NCBI RefSeq assembly: GCF_006345805.1
Contig: NC_043001.1
Coordinates: 123,318,001 to 123,382,000, forward strand
Length of the DNA stretch: 64,000 nt
Reading direction: 5' to 3'
DNA from: Octopus sinensis
Lineage: Eukaryota
The notes beneath the pieces were generated by a model. It saw nothing but the letters and a program-made list of their open reading frames with translations, did no database searches and had not been told where the DNA came from. Both the position numbers and the translations under genes were made by a program. Positions 28,482 through 40,769 of the stretch are shown one piece after another (position 1 is the first letter of the stretch; every line of letters starts with the position of its first letter).

Positions 28482-28519
28482 TTATGAGTGCCTGTGTATC
28501 TCTGTCTCCCCGCCATCGC
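28396..28519 (+). mobile_element. Family C SINE central fragment around its microsatellite
   Basis: GTGGATTTGGTAGACGGAAACTGAAAGAAGCCCGTCG followed by a CA/TA tract and GTCTCCCC. Confidence 0.75.
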
Positions 28520-28890
28520 ATATAAATATATACATACATGCATACAGCAGTCACTGTCTATATCTCATTTAGAGAATTATTATTGCTGTCGAACAGATTT
28601 TCGAAATCAGTAAATGTATTTACTTGAAAATCTTTATACATATCTTGCACGGTGAGTCGTTCGTCGAGAGGCGGTGCCTACCACACGTTGATAATAGGCA
28701 ATACACCTTGAAACCTAGGTCCGTGTGTGGCATCCGCTTCTTGGGGAATGATCTCCCTTTGCAAGATAGAGGACGCCGTGATGGCGTCGGCCTATCTGGT
28801 GACGTTGATGTTCGCCTGGGGCTAAATGCAACAGTGACACCCCCACCACCCTGCCCTGTCCCTAGCCATATTCAGTTGGCTAATGTCCCT

Positions 28891-28955
<65 letters not shown>

Positions 28956-29499
28956 CATATACGGGTGTGCGTGTGTGTGTGCGCGTGCGCATGCATGTGA
29001 GTGGCTGTGAGTGTAAGTGAATCTATGTGTGTGTGAATGTGTTTCAGCGAGGATGAGTGACCATCGTGTGCGGCTTACTAAGGCTGTAAGTTAGGGAATT
29101 CAATACATTTGTTTTTTAGATATTTCTTATGGAAATTGGACGTTTCAATGTTTCACAGTATGTGGCAGTTTTGTGCTCTTACATACATATCTACGCACGC
29201 ACACACACACACACACATATTTGTCTGTGTGTGTATACTTATAGATAGTTAGCATATATATGTAAATATATATGTGAACATATTTGAAAGTATACATACA
29301 CACACACACAAACACACGCACACGCACACTTACAGATATATGCCTACATACGTATATTCACGAACGCACCACTTATATTATTATAACAAGGAAAAGTTGA
29401 GAGCGATTTGAAAGTTTCGGCTCTGTTGCCTCCGTCAGATTTTACTTGAATTAAATTTTGGCTATTTTCAAATACATCTATACTATCATGATTATTGTC

Positions 29500-29500
29500 G

Positions 29501-29588
<88 letters not shown>

Positions 29589-29698
29589 GTCTGTCTGTCT
29601 GTCTGTCTGTGTGTCTGCCTGCCTGTCTGTCTGTCTGTCTGTCTGACTGTTTGTTTGTCTGTCTGTCTATCTACCTACCTACCTACCTACCTTCCTGC

Positions 29699-29792
<94 letters not shown>

Positions 29793-29940
29793 GTCTGTCT
29801 GCCTGCCTGCCTATCTACCTACCTACCTACCTACCTACCTACCTACTTACCTATCTATCTATTTATCTATATATCTATCTGTCTGTCTGTCCGTCTACCT
29901 ACCTACCTACCTACCTACCTATCTATCTATTAATCTATCT
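29500..29940. repeat. (TCTA)/(TCTG)/(CCTA) compound tetranucleotide array
   Basis: Direct reading. Confidence 0.96.
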
Positions 29941-30594
29941 ATAAAGATATAGTAGCGCTCATGTTAATTTTTTTACACCCAGATGTATTATATATCTAAA
30001 CATAATTGTACTGATGTAGATAGATGTATACATAGAGACATAGACACACAATGAACTCCAGTACCGTTTCTGTCTACCGATTTCCAAATACACGATATTG
30101 GTTAACCTATAGATATCATCAGAGATACATGCCCGAGGGTCCACTCAGTGGAATCAAATCTGGAAACACGAGCGTGAAATACCAACCGCTGAAACACGCA
30201 GACATGCCTGAAACAATTGTCCTTCCCTGAAGATCGCCTCGTCGTGAAACTCGAGACTAAATAAAGTGTATACGTGTGTGAAACTTTACGCTACGCATAC
30301 ACGTACATGCACACAGAAACTCTTTCCGTCATTTAATTTAGATCTACTTTGCACAGAGAGCGCAGTGAGTTAAAATTAATTACAACTAAATTGCTTAATT
30401 GTAAAACGTATTCAAGTAACCGTCCGTTTACCATAACAACTACAAATTGAAAAGCCGAAAAAACAAAAAAAAAATGACAACAAAATTACTTTGAAAAATA
30501 TAAAATACATAGAAATAAAGCAAGCAGAGCAACAACAACACCAATAACAGGCATTTAAAAATTATTTATACTTCTTCGTAGTTAAATTTCTCCC

Positions 30595-30610
30595 CATATA
30601 TATATGTATG

Positions 30611-30693
<83 letters not shown>

Positions 30694-30769
30694 ATATATA
30701 TATGTGTGTGTGTGTATACATACATATTCACATACATATATATACATTTATGTATATATATATATATAT

Positions 30770-30800
<31 letters not shown>

Positions 30801-31038
30801 TATGTATACATATATACATATATATTTACATATATATATATTTATATACATATATATATATAAGTATGTTTATACGTATATATATATGTATATATTATAT
30901 ATGTATATATATGTATATATATGTATATATTTATATGTATATATTATATATGTATATATATGTATATATATATATATATTTATATGTATATATATATATA
31001 TGTATATATATACATATATATATATATATAATATATAT

Positions 31039-31073
<35 letters not shown>

Positions 31074-31110
31074 GCATTCAGACATACACATATGCCTATA
31101 TGTATATATG
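30595..31110. repeat. Long interrupted (TA)n/(TG)n
   Basis: Direct reading. Confidence 0.95.
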
Positions 31111-31473
31111 TTTGTGATATAAATGTCTAATTTGCCTCTAGCAAAGCTAAATAAATATTTCTTCTTTAATCGACTCCATTTTGAGAAGGTAAAAAATAAC
31201 AAATAATAAGGACTCTTAAACTAAATAAAAGAAAATAGGAAAAACTATATAAATTGACAGTGAATAAGATTGATTTTTTTATCGTCTTTTTTCTCTTCAT
31301 GGAGAAATTGCCAGGAGCAGCCTGCTCGCTCGCGCCTCCCTCTATCTCTCTCTTCATGTATGTATGTATGTATGTATGTATGTATGTATGTATGTATGCA
31401 TGTATACATTCACACACGTAATATATATGTGCGGTGTGTGTTTTATGTGTGCGTGTGTGTTTCTGTTGATGTG

Positions 31474-31504
<31 letters not shown>

Positions 31505-31621
31505 TGTGTGTGTGTGTATGCATTACGTTAAAGTAATCAGAAAATAATTAAATGGACTTTAGAATCTCTATGAGTAACAGAATATGAAAATTTTCGCAAT
31601 CAATTGGCGAAATGAAATGGA

Positions 31622-31702
<81 letters not shown>

Positions 31703-32114
31703 ACTGTCTGTCTGACTGTCTGTTCGTCTCTCTCTCTCCATCTATCTATATACCTACCCACTTGCCTACTACTTACCTAGCCACCTACCTATCTCCCTCC
31801 CTCCCTCCCTCCCTCCCTCCCTCCCTCCCTCCCTACCTACCTACCTACCTACCTACCTACCTATCTATCTTTATCTATCATCTATCTCGTGCTTTCTCAC
31901 CCTCCCTCTATCTATATGTATACATACGTATATGTATATTTATCTCTATACATATGTCTATATACGTGTATCTATATACACACACACATAGACACATACG
32001 TCAATCTGTTTATCTCTCTAGCTATCTCGATTATACAAGTTTACACGCACATATCTGTACATATGTGTATATGTTTGTTTGTGTGTGTATATATATATGT
32101 ATATATACACGCCC

Positions 32115-32190
<76 letters not shown>

Positions 32191-33229
32191 ATATGTATGA
32201 AAATAATAATGCAATACAAATGTATTACTCTCCATATGTTTCTATATTTGTATACATAATCACTTTATACACGCGCTCATACACACACACACACACTAAC
32301 ATACACACATACATATGCACAATGCTCACTGGGTGTGCGTTGGCATGTACGAATGTTTAAAAGTGTTCCCACTGCAATCGTCGTGTTTAGGTAAACAATG
32401 ACACAACACTGTAACGCGAGCACAGCCAAAACCTTGTGACTGAAATTTACTAGACAGACGGAGACGACGCGAAAACTCGTGAAATGAATTCTATGAGTAT
32501 GTGACAAAGTCAACTTTGCGTAATACAGTGTCACACATAAGTGAAGCTAAGTATTTCTTTAAGCATAGAAGTGACTGCGGAATGCTTGACCACTAGCAAT
32601 CAATATATCATTTAATAGATCGTTCATGGCGACTAAAACCAACGTAATTTATATTGAGTGGTGTTTATAAGAAAAAAATTGTATTTCTTCATGTCATGCA
32701 TTTATATATGGTGCAGACATGTTTTTGTTGTTGAGAAATTTGCTGCAGAACCAGGGTGTTTCGGGGTCGATGCCACAGGTCCGCTTCTTGGTAATGTATC
32801 TGCTACTATATACTTGTAAGTAGAATTTGATAGACAATAACTGTGTGGAAGCCGGTAAGACGAATGATTGTTGTTCCCATTTACACCTTTGACAGACACC
32901 ACTCTGCTGTAACACTTTATACAAGACTGTATTTTAGTAATAATTTCTTTCCTTCTTTCTATTCTTGAAGACGCTGCAAAACCCCGTAGGCACTGCTTGT
33001 TTTTCTTTACGTATCCACCTACTAGTAAAGAGCAGATCTGATTAACGTTATTGATACTTTTCCTTATCGGGTCTGCAGAAAGGGGCAGAGCCCAAATTCT
33101 TTATGTATCCACTTATGTATCTTTATGTATCCACTTATGTCTCCACCCACTAGCGAAGAGCAGATCTGATCAACTTTATTGATTTCTTTTCCTCACTTGG
33201 TCTGCAGAAAAGGCAGTGCCCAAATTCTT

Positions 33230-33625
33230 TGCGGGCCCATCTGGACTGGTGAGATTAATATTATTAATGTTCCTTTTGAGCCTTTGTAAATCAATAACTG
33301 CAAGAAAGACATGATCAGGATGGGAGTTCCCGATTCCCAACGTTCTGGGAAGGGACTAGAGATTAATGTAGGGCTTGGGGAAATGGACAGAACAACGGTG
33401 ATGGGGGGAACAAGGACCATTGTAAGCTTGGTAGAAAAATAGAGAGATGAGATAGTGCCTGTGGACCAGAAACTGGAGTGCGTCTCTGAGTGCCTTTATA
33501 CCAATAAGTTGGGCGGCTCTTTTCTGAATACGGTTTAGGATGTTTGCATGTGCATCAGCGGCACTGTCGCAGACGTGAGAGCAATACTCCATTGTGTGCC
33601 ACACGAGCTTTGTACAGTGTCAATA
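33230..33625 (-). mobile_element. CR1/L2/Jockey-group LINE 3' fragment
   Basis: LYKA/frameshift/WHTMEYCSHVCDSAADAHANILNRIQKRAAQLIG...LVHRHYLISLFFYQAYNG matches the conserved post-RT region LYKAQIRPHMEYCSH.W....LDRIQRRA...RR...SL..FY..Y.G. Confidence 0.75.
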
Positions 33626-33844
33626 TTTGTTGGAGGCTAAATTACACACATGTCTAACTATATACCTCGTAGTAAACAGACATTAAACATTAAATAAAAA
33701 GACACACACGCACAGACATACATGAAGTCAAACGCAGCATATAAAGAGAAAAGAAGTATAAAAAAATAAGTCCGATCCTACCGTAGAATACTGAACTGGA
33801 ACTTCAATATGCAAACTTACCTACAAAAGAAAAAGAAAAATTGT

Positions 33845-34260
33845 AATATATGATAATTGTAAAACAAAGAAATGGTACTTAAAAGGCAAAAATGATAATT
33901 GTAATACAAGGCATGATGTTTGTAAGTCAAGGAATTATAAGGAATAATAACTGGGACATGAAATGACAACTGTAAAGAAATGAACGATAATTATAAGTGA
34001 GCTTGATAGCGAGAGAATAACAGAAAATTTAAAGCACAGGATGACAATTTTGAAACAGAAAACGAGGCAAGAAATGGTGACTGTAAGATAATGATGGATA
34101 GTTACAAGAGAAGAAAGGGCAACTGTAAGGGAAGAAAAGACAATTTTAAGGCAGGAATGATAATAATTGTAAGCCCACTACACCACCAAAATCGACAATT
34201 ATACAAGCAAGACACGTTAACTGCACGGCCAGGAGGAAAGAAATGATAACTGCGAGTGAG
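33845..34260. repeat. Ancient degenerate minisatellite, motif about ATGAYAA(T/C)TGTAAG
   Basis: About 15 decayed occurrences at irregular spacing of roughly 20-35 bp. Confidence 0.6.
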
Positions 34261-37195
34261 AAAGGGCTGATAAATTAATGTGTTTGATGAGTACGATGAA
34301 CGTCAATGCTGAAATTGCAGGTGATGATGACAATAATTACAACAATGTTGATCATGTTTGATGATAATGATGATGATGATGATGGTGATAATGATAATGA
34401 TGATTATTTTTTACAAAAAAAAAAACACTTCAAAACCTAAAACAACTATAGTTATTGGGTGTATTGGTAAGAATCGTTGGTAGACCATCCTACGTTATGA
34501 TTTGCTTAAGAGAATTTAATGTCTCCGTATTGTTCCTAATTATTTTCAGGTAGCATGTCATTATAGTCATCTTCGCTTCTAATTTCTTCAAGAATCAGTA
34601 AAATAAGTACAAAGCATGTACTGGGGCCATTGACATCTCCATACTCCTGTGGATCGCGCGAATCGTCTTCGCAACCAAATCACTCGCGTCTTCAACTCAT
34701 GCAGAACAATCTCTGTCATTACCACTAGACGCCATAATTACAGACATAGGAACCTTCCACGTGGTCATTTGAACATATTTTTAAAGCGGCCACAATCCCT
34801 CAGATCACATCTATCGACTTGAAACTGAAAGAAAGGCATATTGGATAACATATACCAAGGTACAGTGTTGGAAAAACGCTAAAAAGAAATGATATGATCA
34901 TCATAGCTGTCATCGTTCTACACTCATAAATTTACTTAATTAATTCTAGGATACGACAATTGCAACAATATCGTTAAGTCTACTTAATGTTGCAAACGCT
35001 GCTATACTTTAAGGCCTCAGTGGTGTAACTAACAACTTCGATGAATTTCTTTGCATCTATTCCATGTTTATAAGATAGGGTACTTCTGTTACAATCCTGG
35101 GGTAAAGTTGTTCTTCCTCTGTGTGAATGTAGGATGGACAGAAGCACCTGTCATCCACACATTTGAATTGACAAAGTTGTGTTGTCATTGTTGTTGATTG
35201 TGACGATGACGTCAACGATGATGCTGGTGAACAAATCCCATATTCCTCATCATTATTGGGATTATAGGTTTTGCAATTTTCGTTTTTATAGTGTTGTCGT
35301 TGATTCATCAGCTCAGTTTGAACAAGCCTATGATCACTTTCCAACCGTGTTTATTTTGTACTATTTCCCCTTCTTAACAATGATCCTAACAAGGACTACA
35401 TCATTGAATGTAATCTTTTCTAAGATGGCAGAATGAATTTGAAAAAGATTTTACTACTCCCTCATTGTTTCTTTTCTCTTCATATCGATGAACAAAGAAC
35501 GTAATCTTTTTGAAATTGCTCTGAATAGTGTTAAAGAAGTCAACACTATCCTGACTCTATTAATTTACAGTTGTGAGCACAAGGACCATTCTAGATCCCA
35601 TGCCTACACCTTTACTTACAGAGGCTGGAGTCATTTGTAAAGCAAGCAACAGAAAAGCATTAAAATTGGCTTTCAACATCACTTTCATTCGGTAAATCAA
35701 TGGAATGGTTGTCTTGATAAATTTATTGTTATACAACTATATCAAATTAAAAGAGACAAAGGAAATAGACAAAATGAAACGAATTGAAAGAGCCACTTCT
35801 TTGTATACAGAGGCGGTTAACAAGTGAACCAAAAACTCTTTTCTTATGAAGTTAGTTTTGATATACCCCTACTTGAACTTTACAGGCTTCATAGACTTTT
35901 GTTACAAAAGTAACAGAAAGGGATTGTCTTCCAGTGACTTAAACCTAATTAGTTATGCATAATAAGTATCTAGTTAAAACTTGAACAGATACGCATAATC
36001 AACTTCTCGTTTATCTGTGAACCTCCAGAGGAGAACACTCGACTTTAATCAGTGCTTTGACCCTTTTGTTATTATTCTGAATCCCTCGAGGATTGTGTAA
36101 TAAAATTTGATTATTTCTCGGTCAAGAACTGTCTATTGTAATTATGACCTCAGCTTCATAATTTGGACGTCCATTCTCGACATTAGCTTTACGCATAGGT
36201 TTCATATTAAAATAGAAAAAAGAAAATCTTTTGAAATTCTATCGAATTTAGGATCGTCAACTTAAATTGTAAGTCACAGCTAGAATAGTTGATAGCGTTC
36301 TGATTTAGAGGTTACCAGTTTGAACCCTGTTTAGGGTGTAATATTTGGCCGTTAGCAAATATGTAATGATAATACGGTCTTCAGATCGAATTATGGCAGT
36401 TATGGTTTCACTGTTTTATCAGATTACTACCACTATTTACACGTACTAGTGTAAATAGTACGTGTAAATTGTACTATTTACATGTACTAGTAAATAGTAC
36501 TATTTACTAGTATATTGGTTACAATAGTACTAGAAAATTGGTTATAACTCCGAAGAGGAGGGGCATTTGAACTCAGTATGCTTAGCACCGGAACAAATAC
36601 CACAAGGCGACCCTAGCGGCAACGATTCCACCTATCCACTGCTTTGGAGTGATATGTATTTATTGACACTGAAGTGTTGAGAAGGCAATGTTTACCTCAG
36701 GAGGATAAAACGCATCACGCAGAGGATCGGAACTACTACTGTAAGGTATTTCAGCCAATAGCTTTATCACTCTGCCAATTTACCGCCTATTAACAAACGC
36801 GCTCATATCTAAGTATTATTAAACATGTACCAGAATCACAGCTAACTATAGCAATAAGTTGTGAGATAACAAAGTAAATTGTCCACTATTTCTATTCTGT
36901 CACTACTTCTTAGCTATTTCCATGACCAAAGCGAGCAACTCTCATTAACTCACTTCATATAAGTTTTAATAGGGGCAATGTTTAAGAATGTAGAATACAC
37001 CTACTGTTTACATAGCGCTGATATTATTTTAAGTTTTCTAAGCTTAGTGACCACGGTTCATATTCGTCTATGAACCTGAATAAGGTAACCAGAAGTATAT
37101 ATTAGCCACAGAGTCAGTATTAATACCGAGTGGTAATATTTGTACCCACTGAAAGGTGGATGGTCTGTTAGGACAAACTTTATTGCGGTAGGTAA

Positions 37196-37320
37196 CATGA
37201 GAGAAACTCTCATATTGGCTTTTGGTGCAAAATGCACTCTTCTTTATATCGCTAGCGTGGACGTAAATTCTCTCCAGGGTGCATTTTGCACCAAAAGCCA
37301 ATATGAGAGTTTCTTTCATG
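37196..37320. repeat. 42-bp inverted repeat with 41-nt loop
   Basis: 37196-37237 versus 37279-37320, one mismatch; imperfect pairing continues outward. Confidence 0.93.
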
Positions 37321-37475
37321 GTATCTACCACAGTAGATGGTTCCTACCGATCTCAGTAAAGATACCTAGATAGACTCAGTCTTCAGAATATAGAAGGACT
37401 ATTTCTGCCACAGCACCGTCTCCTGTAGTACTAATTTTGGTTTGATAGATTGGCACAGCGTAAACCTCTGATAAA

Positions 37476-37710
37476 GGCGGCGAGCTGGCAGAAACGTTAG
37501 CATGCCGGGCGAAATGCGTAGCCGTATTTCGTCTGCCGTTACGTTCTGAGTTCAAATTCCGCCGAGTCGACTTAGCCTTTCATCCTTTCGGGGTCGATAA
37601 ATTAAGTACCAGTTACGCACTGGGGTCGATGTAATCGACTTAATCCGTTTGTCTTCACTTGTTTGTCCCCTCTGTGTAGCCCCTTGAGGGCAGTAAAGAA
37701 ACAGAAATAG
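37476..37710 (+). mobile_element. Full-length family A SINE
   Basis: Near-identical to 24959-25191. Confidence 0.92.
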
Positions 37711-38633
37711 GTATCTACCACAGTATAGTTTCTAACAAAACATCCACGTTTAAGTGGGGATAAATATTACCTCGCCACAGAAAGTCCCTTCAGTTCTTAG
37801 TCACCTAGTATTTTGGATTTTGGTTAGCCTTGTCCCAACTTGGTTTTGGTTTATATGCAACAGCTAATTTCACTTCGAAGTGGTTCCTACCGATCTCAGT
37901 AAAGATACCTAGATAGACTCAGTCTTCAGAATATAAAAGGACTATTTCTGCTACAACACCGTCTCCTGCAGTACAAATTTTGGTTTGATAGATTGGCACA
38001 ACGTAAACCTCTCATAAAAATCAGCATGACAATATGTCACATTTGAATTACTGGTACAACTCTTTCGAACCGGGCCCTCTGAGTGCTTGGACTCGAAGAC
38101 AGTAATATCCATGTACTATGAAATGAAAGAAGAAAATGACTGAAGGACATTTTTTGAGCACTCTATTGATTCCACTATCAGCCGTCTTAATTGAAGGTAC
38201 GTTTCGTAACCATGAGGTCCTGGTTTCGGTCCCACTAAAACAACCTAACCAGTAGCGCACGAGCTTTCCAATTACTAACATTGTTCAAATCTTGTTGCTG
38301 GTGTTGACTTTATCCCTCATCGATAAAATAATCACCAGTCAAGTATAGGGAACAGATTTTAATCGACTGGATCCCTTCACTTTCGTGATGCCTGCTGCTA
38401 TAACGGCGGTGTTCAATTTTATTATTACCCTCTAATTACAATGTTTTAGTAGTTTTATGTTTTTTTCTCTGTCATATTTTCCAGTTATAAATGTTTTGTC
38501 GATTAAAAGAACAGTTACAGATGTTTCCTTTTAAACACTTTAATTGGAATTTTTCTAATAAAATTATCTGAGAATTTCATAAATGGCACTATCTAATAAC
38601 TGCATATGGAAGGCAAAGAAGATGACTAAAAGA

Positions 38634-38634
<1 letters not shown>

Positions 38635-38701
<67 letters not shown>

Positions 38702-38765
38702 AGCGGTGGTGATGGTGGTGGTGGTGGTCGTGGTGGTGGTCGTGGTGGTGGTGACGGTCATGATT
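38635..38765. repeat. (GAT)n/(GGT)n compound
   Basis: Direct reading. Confidence 0.95.
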
Positions 38766-39177
38766 ATTATAATGAAGGCGTTATGATAACGATAGAGGAG
38801 GAAACGGGTAAGACAAGAAGGCGGAAAACTGAGAGAAAGGAGGAGAAACAGAAGGAAAAAAAATAAGGGCAGAAAAGAAGAAAGAAGAGAAGCAGAAGAA
38901 GAAGGATGAGGGAAGGGGATAAAAAAACAGAGAAGAGTGACAGAAGGAAAGGAGACGGTAGAATGAGGAGGAGAAGAAAATACGAAGCAATCACACCATA
39001 TATCTTAAGGAATAAAAAAACAGATAAATAGCAAAAAACAAAAAACACACAAACCAGATGATATACTGAACAGTAGCTATATAATCAATATCGAAATCTA
39101 ACCTTTGCATAAAACCCTGGTTGTGAGGAGAGGATGCAGCCGACCATCAAATTGGTTTCAATGCATTACTGGCTTAG

Positions 39178-39760
39178 GGCGGCGAGCTGGCAGAAACGTT
39201 AGCACGCCGGGCGAAATGCTTAGTGGTATTTCGTCTGTCGTTACGTTCTGAGTTCAAATTCCGCCGTGGTAGACTTTGCCTTTTATCTTCTCGGGGTCGA
39301 TTTAAAAAGTACCAGTTACGCACTGGGGTCGATGTGATCGACTTAATCCGTTTGTCTATCCTTGTTTGTCCCCTCTGTGTTTAGCCCCTTGTGGGTAGTA
39401 AAGAAATAGGTATTTCGTCTGCCGTTACGTTCTGAGTTGAAATTCCGCCGTGGTAGACTTTGCCATTTATCCTCTCGGGGTCGATTGAAAAAGTACCAGT
39501 TACGCACTGGGGTAGATATAATCGACTTAATCCGTTTGTCTGTCCTTGCTTGTCCTCTCTGTGTTTAGCCCCTTGTGGATAGTAAGGAAATAGGTACTTC
39601 GACTGCCGTTACGTTCTGAGTTCAAATTCCGCCGAGGTCGACTTTGCCTTTCATCCTTTCGGGGTCGAGAAATTAAGTACCACTTGCGTACTGGGGTCGA
39701 TCTAATCGACTGGCCCATTCCCCTCCAAAATTTCGGGCCTTGTGCTAGAGTAGAAAAGAA
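39178..39760 (+). mobile_element. Family A SINE: one head plus three tandem body units
   Basis: Head 39178-39224; units 39225-39408, 39409-39592 and 39593-39760; diverged 16-bp TSD AAT(G/A)CATTA(C/A)TGGCTT at 39160-39175 and 39759-39774. Confidence 0.9.
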
Positions 39761-39859
39761 TACATTAATGGCTTTTCGTTTATAAAAGCTAATGCAAGTG
39801 GATTAGGATTAAAAGAATCATTAGTTTCGGACAAACGCCTCGGGTTATTTGTTCAGGTT

Positions 39860-40460
39860 CTCTTTTTACATTCGGAGTTGAAAATCCCGCCGAATTCAAC
39901 TTTGTCATTCATCCTTCTTACATTGATGAAATGAGATACAACATCAGACAGACTCGTAAAACTGCTAGAGTACTGTGCAAAATTTCTTTACTTTCTGAGT
40001 TCAAATTTCACCGGGGTGAGATCTGTCGTTTATGTTTCTGGGTCGATAAAATAAAATACTCAGACCAGGACGGTGAAATATTGGAATATCGCGATTGTTG
40101 GACAATGGGAAATATGCTTGTTTCGGATATTTTACGTTCTGAGTTCAAATCTCGTCGGGGTTAGATTTGTCGTTTATTTTCCTGGGTCGATAAAATTAAA
40201 CTACTCAACCAGAAACGGTGACTAGGAGAATAGACAAAATGTTAGAGTATGAAATTAAATGCTTTGAGGTATGTGTTCTGGCTGTTTTAGAGCCTAAGTT
40301 CAATTTCTGTCGTGATCCATATTGCAATTCAACATTCCTGGGTCGACAAAATAAGCAGCCTTGTCCACGTTAGCGCAGTGGTAGAATTGTTACGGCGTTG
40401 TGGTACTTAATCCGATTCTTTCTTCTTCTGAGTTCGACTGCGACGATATACTGCTATTCT
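39860..40460 (+). mobile_element. Cluster of degraded family A SINE fragments
   Basis: Repeated remnants of TTCTGAGTTCAAAT...GGGTCGATAAAAT at about 39865, 39990, 40132 and 40290. Confidence 0.7.
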
Positions 40461-40769
40461 GTATCTGCTCTTATCTTCCCTTCGACAAGATCATCGATGC
40501 GGAGTGAGGAAGACTTGCCACATAAGTAACTGAAGGTCTTCTATCAAAAGAAATTACGCCATTGAAAGGAATTATATTTCTTTTTCTTTTTTATCACGGT
40601 GTAAACCTGAATGAGATGAGAGCTTGAGCCAAACGTGGCATTTGCACTCACAATAGCTCATTGATTTTCTTTTGATTGAACACTAATCGAAGTTTGTTAA
40701 GAACAGGCTGATATAGAAGCGAATATGAATCTGCAATATATCACACTGTTGACAACAGAAGCGGTAATA

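Noticed and set aside
30226-30258. CTGAAGA...GAAACTCGAG hammerhead-like string
   Set aside because: Neither stem I nor stem II pairs and the GUH site is absent.
39225-39760. Regular direct repeats suggestive of a CRISPR array
   Set aside because: Contiguous 184-bp SINE bodies with no unique spacers, in eukaryotic DNA.
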